NCBI GenBank assembly: GCA_016872535.1
Contig: VGZQ01000002.1
Coordinates: 9,514-73,513, forward strand
Origin: Rhodospirillales bacterium
GTDB taxonomy: Bacteria > Pseudomonadota > Alphaproteobacteria > Rhodospirillales > 2-12-FULL-67-15
Direction of reading: 5' to 3'
DNA length: 64,000 nucleotides
The position numbers and the translations under genes are program-made. Under the pieces are notes generated by a model. That model saw only the letters and a list, made by a program, of their open reading frames with translations. It had not been told where the DNA came from and did not search any database. Positions 8,605 to 17,454 of the stretch are shown here, piece by piece (within the stretch, counting starts at the first letter, position 1; every line of letters starts with the position of its first letter).

Positions 8605-9428
8605 GAAAACTCCCGATCGCTCGAAATCGCCGGCACCTTGGCGCGCGCCTCGGCAACGCGGGCCGGGTCGATGCGCGCGACCACTATGCCCGGCTCCTCG
8701 CCGCCGTCGGCGAGCACTTCGCCCCACGGATCGACGATCAGCGAATGGCCATAGGTCTTGCGCCCGTCCGCATGCTCGCCGCATTGGGCCGGAGCGAAGA
8801 CGAAGGTGCCGTTTTCGATCGCGCGCGCGCGCAGCAACACGTGCCAGTGCGCCCGTCCGGTCGGCCGGGTGAAGGCCGCCGGCACCGAAAAGAAGTCCGC
8901 GCCCCTTTTCGCCAGGGCGCGGTAGAGCTGCGGAAAGCGCATGTCGTAGCAGACGGTCATGCCGAGCCGCCCCCACGGCAGGTCCGCCGTCACCGCCCGA
9001 TCGCCGGGGCGATAAGTGCGCGATTCGTGGTAGCGCTCGCCCTCGCCCAGATCGACGTCGAACATGTGAATCTTGTCGTAGCGGGCGGCGACGGTTCCGT
9101 CGGGCGCAAGCAGGAACGAGCGGTTGGCGACGCGCTCCGGCTCGCTCTCGGTCTTGACCACCAGCGAGCCCGCGAGCAGCCACGCCCCGGTTTTGCGCGC
9201 AAGATCGCGAAACGCCGCCAATGCCGGGTCTTCCGCCTCGGGCCGCGCCTTGGCCAGCACGGCGTCGCGCTTCGGCTCCAGCATGTTGACGATTTCCGGC
9301 AGCAGAATGAAATCGGCGCCCCGGTCGCGCGCGCGTCGGACCAGATCGACGGCGACGGGGATATTAATGTCGGGTTCGCGCGCCGAGGTGATCTGTACGC
9401 AGGCGACGGTGAAAATTGCTCCGGGCAC
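8601..9428 (-). CDS. Carbon-nitrogen hydrolase (Nit1-like)
   Basis: LLPE, YDKIHMFDVD, GMTVCYDMRFP, VPAAFT, HWHVLLRARAIEN, TYGHSLIVDPWG (Glu-Lys-Cys triad). Confidence 0.95.
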   Translation of the reverse strand: MPGAIFTVACVQITSAREPDINIPVAVDLVRRARDRGADFILLPEIVNMLEPKRDAVLAKARPEAEDPALAAFRDLARKTGAWLLAGSLVVKTESEPERVANRSFLLAPDGTVAARYDKIHMFDVDLGEGERYHESRTYRPGDRAVTADLPWGRLGMTVCYDMRFPQLYRALAKRGADFFSVPAAFTRPTGRAHWHVLLRARAIENGTFVFAPAQCGEHADGRKTYGHSLIVDPWGEVLADGGEEPGIVVARIDPARVAEARAKVPAISSDREFS

Positions 9429-9444
9429 TTGGTCGGCCCTCGCC

Positions 9445-9708
9445 TCAGGCCGCGAGGCCCAACAGCGTATCGAGCTTGCCCTGGCGATCGAGGGCGTGGA
9501 GATCGTCGGACCCGCCGATGCTTTTGCCGTCGATGAAGATTTGCGGCACCGTGCGCCGGCCTTCCGCGCGCTTCAGCATTTCGTCGAGCTTGCCCGGCGT
9601 GACGTCCACCTCGTATTCGGTGTAGGCGACACCCTTCTTGTCGAGCAGCGCCTTAGCCCGCCGACAATAGGGGCAGAGCGCGGTGGTGTAGATTTCGATC
9701 TTGGGCAC
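9445..9708 (-). CDS. grxC: Glutaredoxin 3
   Basis: GTG start 9708; PKIEIYT..CPYC..AKALL...TVPQIFI..IGGSDDL. Confidence 0.95.
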   Translation of the reverse strand: MPKIEIYTTALCPYCRRAKALLDKKGVAYTEYEVDVTPGKLDEMLKRAEGRRTVPQIFIDGKSIGGSDDLHALDRQGKLDTLLGLAA

Positions 9709-9788
9709 GGTTTTCTCCTTCCGCTCGGTCGCTTGATATAGACCGGGCCCCCGCGCCAATCTAGGGGGGCCGGCCGCAGGAGCCCCCG

Positions 9789-10994
9789 ATGTCCAGCCGC
9801 CTCGTGATCGTTTTTTGCCTGGTTCTGCCGCTCGCCTGGACGGGCGCGGCTTTCGCCGATCCCGTGGTCGGGCCGAGGCCGCAGGCGGTGGACGATATCC
9901 CGAGCGAAGGCGCGCCCGGCCACCGGGTGGAAACCTGGATCGGGGGGCTGGAGGCGCCCTGGTCGCTCGCGTTTCTGCCCGACGCGCGCGCGGGCGAATC
10001 CCCGCGCGCATCATCGAATGATGGGCCCCTATCGGGGCGCGCCCTGGTCAGCGAGCGGCCGGGTCGTATCCGCCTGATCCAAAACGGCGCGCTAAGGCCC
10101 GAACCCTACGCCCGGATCGACGTCGCCACCGGCGGCGAAGGCGGCCTGATGGGCTTGGCGCTCCATCCCGATTTTCCGCGGGCACCTTTCGTCTACGTCA
10201 TGCACACCTATTTTCCGGGGCCGCTGCCGGCGTTCGCCCGCCGCAACAAGGTCATCCGCCTCCGCCATCTCGGCGATACGGGCGCGTTCGATCGCGTCGT
10301 GCTCGACGGCATTCCGGGCGCCCTCAACCACAACGGCGGGCGGATCGGCTTCGGCCCCGACCGCATGCTCTACGTAACGACCGGGGAAATCTACGAAGCG
10401 GAGCTGGCCCAGGACCCCGCTTCCCTCGCCGGAAAAATTCTGCGCGTCACCCCCGAAGGCGACGTTCCCGCCGACAATCCCATTTCCGGATCGCCGGTCT
10501 GGTCGCTCGGCCACCGCAACCCGCAAGGGCTCGCCTGGCAGCCGGCGAACGGGGACCTGTTCGCCTCCGAGCACGGACCGTCGGGCGAATTTGGCCTCGG
10601 CGGCCACGACGAAATCAACCTGATCCTCCGGGGAGCCAATTACGGCTGGCCGCGCGCCGTCGGCGCGCCGAACGTGGCGGCCTACCGCGATCCGCTGGTG
10701 GTCTGGAAGACGCCGACCACGCCGCCCTCGGGCATCGCCTTCTGGCGCGGCGATCTTTACGTCGCGACGCTCCGCAGCCAAGCGCTGATGCGCATCGCGC
10801 TCGCCCGCGCCGGAAACGATTACCGGATCACGCGCATCGAGCGCTGGTTCGCGCACGGTGACAATCGTCCCGGGCGGCTGCGCGACGCCGTCGCCGGGCC
10901 CGACGGGGCGCTGTACGTGCTCACCAACAACCGCGACGGCCGCGGGCGGCCGCGCGAGGGCGACGACCGGATTCTGAGAATCACTCGACCCTGA
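9789..10994 (+). CDS. PQQ-dependent sugar dehydrogenase family (GSDH) protein, exported, with 17-aa insertion
   Basis: Signal peptide; GLEAPWSLAFLPD, GEGGLMGLALHPDF, HNGGRIGFGPD, GKILR, GHRNPQGL, DEINLI..GANYGWP, GRLRDAVAGPDGALYVLT. Confidence 0.92.
   Translation: MSSRLVIVFCLVLPLAWTGAAFADPVVGPRPQAVDDIPSEGAPGHRVETWIGGLEAPWSLAFLPDARAGESPRASSNDGPLSGRALVSERPGRIRLIQNGALRPEPYARIDVATGGEGGLMGLALHPDFPRAPFVYVMHTYFPGPLPAFARRNKVIRLRHLGDTGAFDRVVLDGIPGALNHNGGRIGFGPDRMLYVTTGEIYEAELAQDPASLAGKILRVTPEGDVPADNPISGSPVWSLGHRNPQGLAWQPANGDLFASEHGPSGEFGLGGHDEINLILRGANYGWPRAVGAPNVAAYRDPLVVWKTPTTPPSGIAFWRGDLYVATLRSQALMRIALARAGNDYRITRIERWFAHGDNRPGRLRDAVAGPDGALYVLTNNRDGRGRPREGDDRILRITRP
9986..10042 (+). repeat. Palindromic element inside the GSDH gene (sense orientation)
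   Basis: GCGCGCGGG-CGAATC-CCCGCGCGC-ATCATCGAATGATGGGCCCCTATCGGGGCGC; GCGCGC direct repeat at 9986 and 10037, 51 nt apart. Confidence 0.85.
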
Positions 10995-11742
10995 TCACGC
11001 GGGCGAGCGTCAGCACGTCGACGGCGGAAGCGCCGGCGGCCATCAGCGCGCGGGCGCAGGCGTTGGCGGTCGCGCCGGTGGTCAGCACGTCGTCGATCAG
11101 CAGGATTCGCCGCCCGGCGACGCGGGCCTTTTCCGGCACCGCGATCGCGCCCCGGAGGTTGCGTTCGCGCGCCGACGGATTCAGTTTTCCCTGCGCGGGC
11201 GTGCGGCGGCGGCGCGCCAACAACCCGGCCTCGACCGGAATCCCCGTCCGTTCCCCGAGCGCGCGCGCGAGCAGCGCCGCCTGATTGTAGCGGCGCGCGA
11301 ACAACCGCGTCCAATGCAGCGGCACCGGCGCCAGCACGTCGGCGTCGGCCAGCAGTTCGGCGCCCGCGCGCTGCAACCAGGTGCCGAAGGCGGGCGCGGC
11401 GTCGGTGCGGTCCCCGTGCTTGAAGCCGAGAATCAGGCCCCGGCTTGCCTCGTCGTAGACGAACGCGGCCCGGGCGCGGGCGAACGCCGGCCGCTCGGCC
11501 GCGCACGCGCCGCAGAGCGCGCCGGGGCCCGGATCGGCCTCGAACGGAACGCCGCACGCTTCGCATACCGGCCGGGCGAGGAAACGAAGTCCGCGCCAGC
11601 AGTCCGCGCACAGCGCCTCGCTCTCCACCACCCGACCGCACACCAGGCAGCGCGGCGGCAGCAGCGCGTCGAGACCCCAGCGGATCGCCCGGGCGATCCC
11701 GCTGCCGGCGGCGTCGTGCACGGCAACCCTTTCTTGTGCCAT
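10981..11742 (-). CDS. comF: ComF family protein (double Zn ribbon + phosphoribosyltransferase)
   Basis: PPRCLVC, LCADC, CEACG, CGAC, PVPLHWTRLFARRYNQA, ILLIDDVLTTGAT. Confidence 0.93.
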   Translation of the reverse strand: MAQERVAVHDAAGSGIARAIRWGLDALLPPRCLVCGRVVESEALCADCWRGLRFLARPVCEACGVPFEADPGPGALCGACAAERPAFARARAAFVYDEASRGLILGFKHGDRTDAAPAFGTWLQRAGAELLADADVLAPVPLHWTRLFARRYNQAALLARALGERTGIPVEAGLLARRRRTPAQGKLNPSARERNLRGAIAVPEKARVAGRRILLIDDVLTTGATANACARALMAAGASAVDVLTLARVIRVE

Positions 11743-11753
11743 ATATAACGAGC

Positions 11754-12653
11754 ATGTCGGAAATACCCGTGGTCTTCAATCGCCGCGCCGTGCGCCGCCA
11801 CCGCGACCGCGCCGCCGCCCGCTTCGCCGAACACGACTTCCTGTTCCGCGAGGTGGCCGAGCGCCTGCTCGACCGCCTCGACGACGTGACCCGCGCCTTT
11901 CCGCTCGCCCTCGACCTCGGCTGCCGCGCGGGCGCTATCGGCCGGATGCTGGGCGGGCGGGGCAAGGTCGAAACCCTGATCCAGTGCGATCTGTCGGAGG
12001 CGATGGCGAATGCCGCGAGCGGCCTTGCCGCCGTCGCCGACGAGGAAGCCCTGCCGTTCGCGCCCGCAACCTTCGATCTGGTCTTAAGCGCGCTCGCGCT
12101 TCACTGGACCAACGACCTGCCCGGCGCGCTGCTGCAAATCCGGCGCGCCCTCAAGCCCGACGGCCTTTTCCTCGGCGCGCTGTTCGGCGCCGACACGCTG
12201 CAGGAGCTGCGCCGCGCGCTGACCGAAGCCGAATTGGAGGTCGCGGGCGGGGCCAGCCCCCGCGTCGCGCCGTTCGCCGACGTGCGCGATTTGGGCGCGC
12301 TGCTGCAGCGCGCGGGCTTCGCGCTGCCGGTCGTCGACCGCGACACGATCACCGTCTCCTACACCGACCCCCTGCGCCTGATGCGGGACTTGCGCGGCAT
12401 GGGCGAAGCCAATGCGGTCGCGGCGCGCCCCAAGCGGTTTTCGCGCCGTGCCCTGTTCGCCGCCGCGACCGAGCGTTATCTTCGCGTTTCGCGTGGCGCC
12501 GGGTCCGATGGCCGCGTGCCGGCGACCTTCCAGGTGATATTCCTGACCGCCTGGGCCCCGCACCCCGGCCAGCAACGGCCCTTGAAACCCGGCAGCGCCA
12601 CGACTCGCCTCGCCCAAGCCCTCGACGCCGAAACCCGGAACCCGCGCCGATGA
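11754..12653 (+). CDS. SAM-dependent methyltransferase (BioC/NDUFAF5-like)
   Basis: VFNRRAVRRHRDRAA, ALDLGCR, DEEALPF, LHWTNDLPG, TLQELR, PRVAPF, FALPVVD, LMRDLRGMGE, KPGSA; divergent from comF. Confidence 0.9.
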   Translation: MSEIPVVFNRRAVRRHRDRAAARFAEHDFLFREVAERLLDRLDDVTRAFPLALDLGCRAGAIGRMLGGRGKVETLIQCDLSEAMANAASGLAAVADEEALPFAPATFDLVLSALALHWTNDLPGALLQIRRALKPDGLFLGALFGADTLQELRRALTEAELEVAGGASPRVAPFADVRDLGALLQRAGFALPVVDRDTITVSYTDPLRLMRDLRGMGEANAVAARPKRFSRRALFAAATERYLRVSRGAGSDGRVPATFQVIFLTAWAPHPGQQRPLKPGSATTRLAQALDAETRNPRR

Positions 12654-13360
12654 AATTTCCGACGCCCCTGGTGCGCGGCACGCTGCTCAGGCGCTACAAG
12701 CGCTTCCTCGCCGATGTCGAACTCGACGGCCGCGGGACGGTGACCGCCCATTGCGCCAACCCGGGCTCGATGCTGAGCGTAAACGCGCCCGGCTCGGAGG
12801 TATGGCTCTCCCAATCTCCCGACCCCGCGCGCAAGCTCCGTTATTCGTGGGAGTTGATCCGGGTCGGCGACACGCTCGTCGGCATCAACACCCAGCATCC
12901 CAATCGGCTGGTGGAGGAGGCGATCCACTACAAAAAAATTCCCGAGCTCGCCGGGTACGCCGCCTTGCGCCGCGAGGTGCGCTACGGCACGAATTCGCGC
13001 ATCGACCTGCTGCTCGAAGATCCGCAGCGGCCTTCGTGCCACGTCGAGGTCAAGAACGTGACCATGAAACGCGACCTTGCGCCGTCCGCGCCGGCGGAGT
13101 TTCCCGATTCCCCGACCGCGCGCGGGAAAAAGCATCTCGATGAACTCGCCCGGGTGGCGGCCCGCGGCGGGCGGGCGGTGATGTTTTTTCTGGTCCAGCG
13201 CCAGGACGCCCGCGCCTTTGCCGTGGCCGCCGATATCGACCCGGCCTACGCCCGGGGGCTCGCCCGCGCCAAGGCCGAGGGCGTCGAGGTGCTGTGCTAC
13301 GGTTGCCGCGTGAGTCCACGCGAAATCCACCTCGCCGGCCCGCTTGTCATCGGACTTTAG
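12650..13360 (+). CDS. sfsA: Sugar fermentation stimulation protein SfsA
   Basis: ATGA overlap; RRYKRFLADV, AHCANPGSM, SRIDLLL, VEVKNV, AEFPDS.TARGKKHL.EL. Confidence 0.95.
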   Translation: MKFPTPLVRGTLLRRYKRFLADVELDGRGTVTAHCANPGSMLSVNAPGSEVWLSQSPDPARKLRYSWELIRVGDTLVGINTQHPNRLVEEAIHYKKIPELAGYAALRREVRYGTNSRIDLLLEDPQRPSCHVEVKNVTMKRDLAPSAPAEFPDSPTARGKKHLDELARVAARGGRAVMFFLVQRQDARAFAVAADIDPAYARGLARAKAEGVEVLCYGCRVSPREIHLAGPLVIGL

Positions 13361-13420
13361 CTTGCGATCCGGCTTTAGCTTGGGGGTCGCTCCGGGCATA
13401 ATGCGGGTTCGGGTCACGTC

Positions 13421-14257
13421 ATGAACAACAATATGGATTTCGGCGAACGGCAAAGCGCGCACCGCGCCCCCCGCCACGTCAAGATTCACGGGGCGGAGGA
13501 TTTCGCCGCCATGCGCAAGGCGGGAAGACTCGCCGCCGAGGTGCTCGACTTCGTCACCCCTTACGTCAAGCCCGGGGTAACGACCGAGGCGCTCGATCGC
13601 CTCTGCCACGATTTCATCGTCGGCGCGGGCGCCGTGCCGGCGCCGCTCAATTACCGCGGCTTTCCGAAATCCATCTGCGCGTCGGTCAACCACGTCGTCT
13701 GCCACGGCATTCCCGGTCCCAAGACGCTGGAGAACGGCGACATCGTCAACCTCGACATCACCGTGATCCTGGACGGCTGGTACGGCGACACCAGCCGCAT
13801 GTTCTATGTGGGCGAGGTGGGCGTGAAGGCGCGCAGGCTGGTGGAAGCGACCTTCGAGGCGATGTGGAAGGGGATCGAGGCCGTGCGGCCGGGAGCGACG
13901 CTCGGCGATATCGGCCACGCCATCCAGATGCACGCCGAGGCGCGGCGCTTTTCCGTGGTGCGCGATTTCTGCGGTCACGGCATCGGGCGCGTGTTTCACG
14001 ACGCGCCCAACATCATGCATTTCGGCAAACCCGGCGAAGGCCTGGTCTTGAAGGCCGGCATGTTCTTCACCATCGAGCCGATGATCAACGCCGGGCGCTT
14101 CGAGGTGAAGATCCTCGACGACGGCTGGACGGCGGTGACGCGCGATCGTTCGCTGTCGGCCCAGTTCGAGCACACCGTCGGCGTCAACGCCGACGGCTAT
14201 GAAGTGTTCACCCTGTCGCCCAGGGGCTGGCACCAACCGCCCTACCCCGCGCCTTGA
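13421..14257 (+). CDS. map: Methionine aminopeptidase type I
   Basis: GFPKSICASVNHVVCHGIP, DITVILDGWYGDTSR, CGHGIG, FFTIEPMIN, SAQFEHTVGV. Confidence 0.97.
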   Translation: MNNNMDFGERQSAHRAPRHVKIHGAEDFAAMRKAGRLAAEVLDFVTPYVKPGVTTEALDRLCHDFIVGAGAVPAPLNYRGFPKSICASVNHVVCHGIPGPKTLENGDIVNLDITVILDGWYGDTSRMFYVGEVGVKARRLVEATFEAMWKGIEAVRPGATLGDIGHAIQMHAEARRFSVVRDFCGHGIGRVFHDAPNIMHFGKPGEGLVLKAGMFFTIEPMINAGRFEVKILDDGWTAVTRDRSLSAQFEHTVGVNADGYEVFTLSPRGWHQPPYPAP

Positions 14258-14943
14258 CCGCGCCCGAGGGCAAATCCCCCCATGCCGGCCATCGCCGACG
14301 GCTGCGCGATCGATTCCTCAAGGGCGGCTCGGGCGCGCTTGCCGACTATGAATTGCTGGAATTGGTCCTCTGTCTCGCCCACCCGCGCGGCGACACCAAG
14401 CCGCTGGCCAAGCGCCTGATCGCCCGCTTCGGCTCGTTCGCCGCCGTGCTCGCCGCCGAATCCGAACGCGTCCGCGAGGTCGAGGGCGCCGGCGAGACCA
14501 CCGCCGCCGCTCTCGCCGTGGTGCGCGCGGCGGCCGAACGGCTGGCGCGCGAGGAGGCGATGGTCAAGCCCGTGCTGTCGTCCTGGCAGGCGCTGACCGA
14601 TTACCTGCGCGTCAGTATGGCGCGCGAAACCCGCGAGCAGTTCCGCGTGCTGTTCCTCAATCGCAAGAACATGCTGATCGCCGACGAGGTCCAGGGTCAG
14701 GGCACCATCGACCATACGCCCCTCTATCCGCGCGAGGTGGTCAAGCGCGCCCTCGAGCACGGCGCCGCCGCGCTCATCCTCGTCCACAACCATCCGAGCG
14801 GCGATCCGACGCCCTCCAAGGCCGACATCGCGATGACGCGCGAGGTCAAGGACGCCTGCGCCAAGCTCGGCATCGTGCTGCACGATCACCTGATCGTGTC
14901 GAAGCACGGCACGGCATCCCTGAAGTCGATGGGGATGTTGTAG
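14254..14943 (+). CDS. radC: RadC (UPF0758) JAB-domain protein
   Basis: HAGHRRRLRDRF, DYELLEL, EQFRVLFL, YPREVVKRAL, VHNHPSGDPTPS..D, LHDHLIV. Confidence 0.96.
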   Translation: MTAPEGKSPHAGHRRRLRDRFLKGGSGALADYELLELVLCLAHPRGDTKPLAKRLIARFGSFAAVLAAESERVREVEGAGETTAAALAVVRAAAERLAREEAMVKPVLSSWQALTDYLRVSMARETREQFRVLFLNRKNMLIADEVQGQGTIDHTPLYPREVVKRALEHGAAALILVHNHPSGDPTPSKADIAMTREVKDACAKLGIVLHDHLIVSKHGTASLKSMGML

Positions 14944-14946
14944 GAC

Positions 14947-15420
14947 TCAGGGCGCCCGTGGCGACCGGCGGGCCGCCCAAAAGCAGAACGCCGGAATGGC
15001 GATCCATTGCAATAACGGCGTAAGACCGGTCCCCCACGGCGGCACCACCGGCATCGCCTCGGCATAAGCCCAGCTTTGGCGCACCACGGTGTTGAGCCAT
15101 TCGCTGTAGATCGTGTAGGCGATTCCGGCGGTGACGGTCACGGCGGCGACCGTGCCGAACCGCTCCGCCGGCCAGCGGGACCGGCCGCACGCGACCAGCG
15201 CCAAGGCCAACGCCGCCGCCGCGATGCCGAGATCGCCGGCGGTGCAGTGAACGACCGCCCACGCCATTTCGCCGGGCGAGGCGGTCGTCCACAGAGTGTA
15301 GAGCGGCAGCTGCGCGGATTCCCAAACGAGATGGCCGACGGCCCCCGCCGCCAGATAGCGGCGGAAAGCCGCCAGCCAGTTCGCCGGCGAATCCAAAGTC
15401 GTCGCCATCCGTATCATCAA
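14947..15420 (-). CDS. Hypothetical multi-pass membrane protein
   Basis: About four hydrophobic segments; HLVWESAQLPLYTLW, VVHCTAGD, YSEWLN, SWAYAEAMPVVP..GTGLTPLLQW. Resembles uncharacterised proteins I associate with metal-resistance clusters. Confidence 0.7.
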   Translation of the reverse strand: MMIRMATTLDSPANWLAAFRRYLAAGAVGHLVWESAQLPLYTLWTTASPGEMAWAVVHCTAGDLGIAAAALALALVACGRSRWPAERFGTVAAVTVTAGIAYTIYSEWLNTVVRQSWAYAEAMPVVPPWGTGLTPLLQWIAIPAFCFWAARRSPRAP

Positions 15421-15435
15421 AGGCCTCCCGGCACT

Positions 15436-15891
15436 TCACCTTCCGATGTCGATCACGTGCTGAAAGGTTCCATCGGGAAGGCGAATATCGATTCGCCACC
15501 GCCCGGACATGGTGACCGGTCCCGTCGCGCGATACACGCCGGGCGCCAGATGTTCGACCGTCGCACGGGTTGGAGGCATCGCATGCCCGACCATTTCAAA
15601 ACCGACATCGACCCGGGCATCTTTCGGCATGGGGCCATTGTTTCGATCCTGGACCTGGAATTCGATGCGGACTATGCCCATCGGCGTCTCGATCAGGCGC
15701 CCGCGCACGGTCCACGCCGGGGTCCGCCCCTCGAAGGTGCCGGCGGCAGCAATGGTCCCGAGCGCTGGCGCGTTCGGCCGGCCGGCCGACGAACCGCTGC
15801 CGTCCCCGAAAAATAGGACAACGGCAAGAAAGCTTCCGGCCACCGCCAGAATTAATCCGAAGACGATGAAGAAGAACGCTCGCGACAGCAT
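15436..15891 (-). CDS. YtkA/FixH-like exported protein
   Basis: N-terminal TM anchor, then FEMVGHAMPP and GVYRA...MSGRWRIDI, typical of the YtkA-like Ig fold. Confidence 0.75.
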   Translation of the reverse strand: MLSRAFFFIVFGLILAVAGSFLAVVLFFGDGSGSSAGRPNAPALGTIAAAGTFEGRTPAWTVRGRLIETPMGIVRIEFQVQDRNNGPMPKDARVDVGFEMVGHAMPPTRATVEHLAPGVYRATGPVTMSGRWRIDIRLPDGTFQHVIDIGR

Positions 15892-15969
15892 TGGTCTACC
15901 CGCTCGCAATCTTTGCCGGATTCGGGGCCACCCGGCTATGGCCGCGTATCCGCGGGGTCGCGCCCGACC

Positions 15970-16767
15970 TCAAGGCGGCGCCGCCCACGCATTATCCTGT
16001 TGACCGGATTTTCCCAGGCACTCGTAACGCCAGATCGCCGCCGGCGGCAAGTTCAGCCATATATGGTCCGCACGGATGACTTTCAATTTCAGCCGCCGAA
16101 TGATCGGTTCGGAAACCGGCGGAAACGGGCCATATGTAAACTGGATGAACGGTCCTTCGGTCGCCATCAACCGAAAAGCGGATTTCAGGATCGCGCCCTG
16201 CTGACGGATGCTCATGAACAAAAACGGCAGACTGGACACGACGGCGGCAGCCCGGGTCACGCCTGCCTCCCGTGCAATCTTCCCGAGTCGCGACGCGTTG
16301 CTTTCGACGACATGAGCCCCTCGGAAACGGCGGCGCAGATGTTCCGCCATGCGACTGTCGAACTCCACGATCAACATCCGCTCCGGCCGAACGCCGGAAT
16401 TGATGAGTGCTTCCGTCACCGACCCCGTTCCGGCGCCCAATTCGACGATCGTGCCCCTGGTTCGCCCGTCGATCTGCCGCGCCAGCGCCTCGGCGAGCGG
16501 ACGGCCGCTGGGTAAGACCGAGCCCGTGCGCAGCGGGTTGCGGAACCAGCGGGACAAGAACAGCCAAGCCGGAACGGCCAGATCGGTCATCACGCCGTTT
16601 CGAACCGACGCCAGCGGCATTCCATCGACAGCTTGCGCCGTCATGTCTTGTACTCGACGGTCGTAATCATGTCGGCCGCCATGTGGCGCGGGTTGTGGTA
16701 ATGGAGCGCCCGGTGCCGCGGTAGCAACGGGCGAGGCCAAGAACTGAGGGCGGGAAAGCGTGGTCAT
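15970..16767 (-). CDS. pmtA: Phospholipid N-methyltransferase-like protein (rhizobial PmtA type) with N-terminal extension
   Basis: FLSRWFRNPLRTGSVLPSG, IVELGAGTGSVT, VVSSLPF, FIQFTYG, WLNLPPAAIWRY; GGGAG SD upstream of ATG 16767. Confidence 0.75.
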   Translation of the reverse strand: MTTLSRPQFLASPVATAAPGAPLPQPAPHGGRHDYDRRVQDMTAQAVDGMPLASVRNGVMTDLAVPAWLFLSRWFRNPLRTGSVLPSGRPLAEALARQIDGRTRGTIVELGAGTGSVTEALINSGVRPERMLIVEFDSRMAEHLRRRFRGAHVVESNASRLGKIAREAGVTRAAAVVSSLPFLFMSIRQQGAILKSAFRLMATEGPFIQFTYGPFPPVSEPIIRRLKLKVIRADHIWLNLPPAAIWRYECLGKSGQQDNAWAAPP

Positions 16768-16844
16768 GACAAAACTCCCAGCTGTTAAGAACGGCGCCAC
16801 CGGCCGACGCCGATGGCGCCCGACACCATGCGGCGCCGGTTCAA

Positions 16845-17225
16845 TCAGTCCTGGGTCGTAAGTTTGGGAGGTCGGTATTCGGGGTGGACGATCCGCGCTG
16901 GTCCAAGATCGATGGCCGCCCACCGCACGACGCCCGCTTCGTCGTCGGACACGACCGCACTTGCGCGCGGCGGTCCGGCAAACGAGCAGTGGGCGCTGGC
17001 TTCGCACTGCTGGACGATGTTGTGGCTGTTTTTGGGCAAATCGTGGTCACTCGATCCGGCAACGCCGATGACAGCCATCCTGCTCGCATCCGCTTGGGCG
17101 GACGAAAGGTGGCCGTAATGAAGGAGAACGCCGAACGCAACCAGCAGACCCATAACGGCGCCAAGCCAACGCCCCCGCGCCGGCCAGCAACCGCGTCGCC
17201 TCCTGTCGTCGTCTCCGCCCGTCAC
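16845..17225 (-). CDS. Small exported-type leader ORF 3 (CxxxxxC, C-terminal PEYRPPK); candidate stalling uORF
   Basis: GTG start; basic N-terminus plus hydrophobic segment, QQCEASAHCSF, ends HPEYRPPKLTTQD, 77 nt before pmtA. Confidence 0.6.
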   Translation of the reverse strand: MTGGDDDRRRRGCWPARGRWLGAVMGLLVAFGVLLHYGHLSSAQADASRMAVIGVAGSSDHDLPKNSHNIVQQCEASAHCSFAGPPRASAVVSDDEAGVVRWAAIDLGPARIVHPEYRPPKLTTQD

Positions 17226-17454
17226 GTCCCGATCCCTTACGTCCGCCGATCTCGGATGTGCCCCGGAAAACCCTTACGATGGTGACATCCCGCAGTCAAA
17301 ATATATCCCTGGGCCCGACGCAAATCGAGAGCCTCCGTTTACTTCCATATGCCGTGGGGCGTGTGGCTCCGTTGATCTCGCGAATTGCGAAACCACACCC
17401 CCGACTTGCCGCCGGATTTAGTCCACGATCGATATCAACCGGCGTCGCAGATCC

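Noticed and set aside
14254-14943. radC as a mobile-element marker or integration target
   Set aside because: The gene is full length with the N-terminal HhH region, in the usual map-radC position, with no duplicated 3' end seen.
17226-17454. CueR/MerR-type operator upstream of the leader ORFs (also checked 21505-21668 and 23831-23912)
   Set aside because: TTGACT/TTGACA hexamers exist on the minus strand, but I found no ACCTTCC-N7-GGAAGGT-like dyad or convincing 19-bp-spacer promoter.
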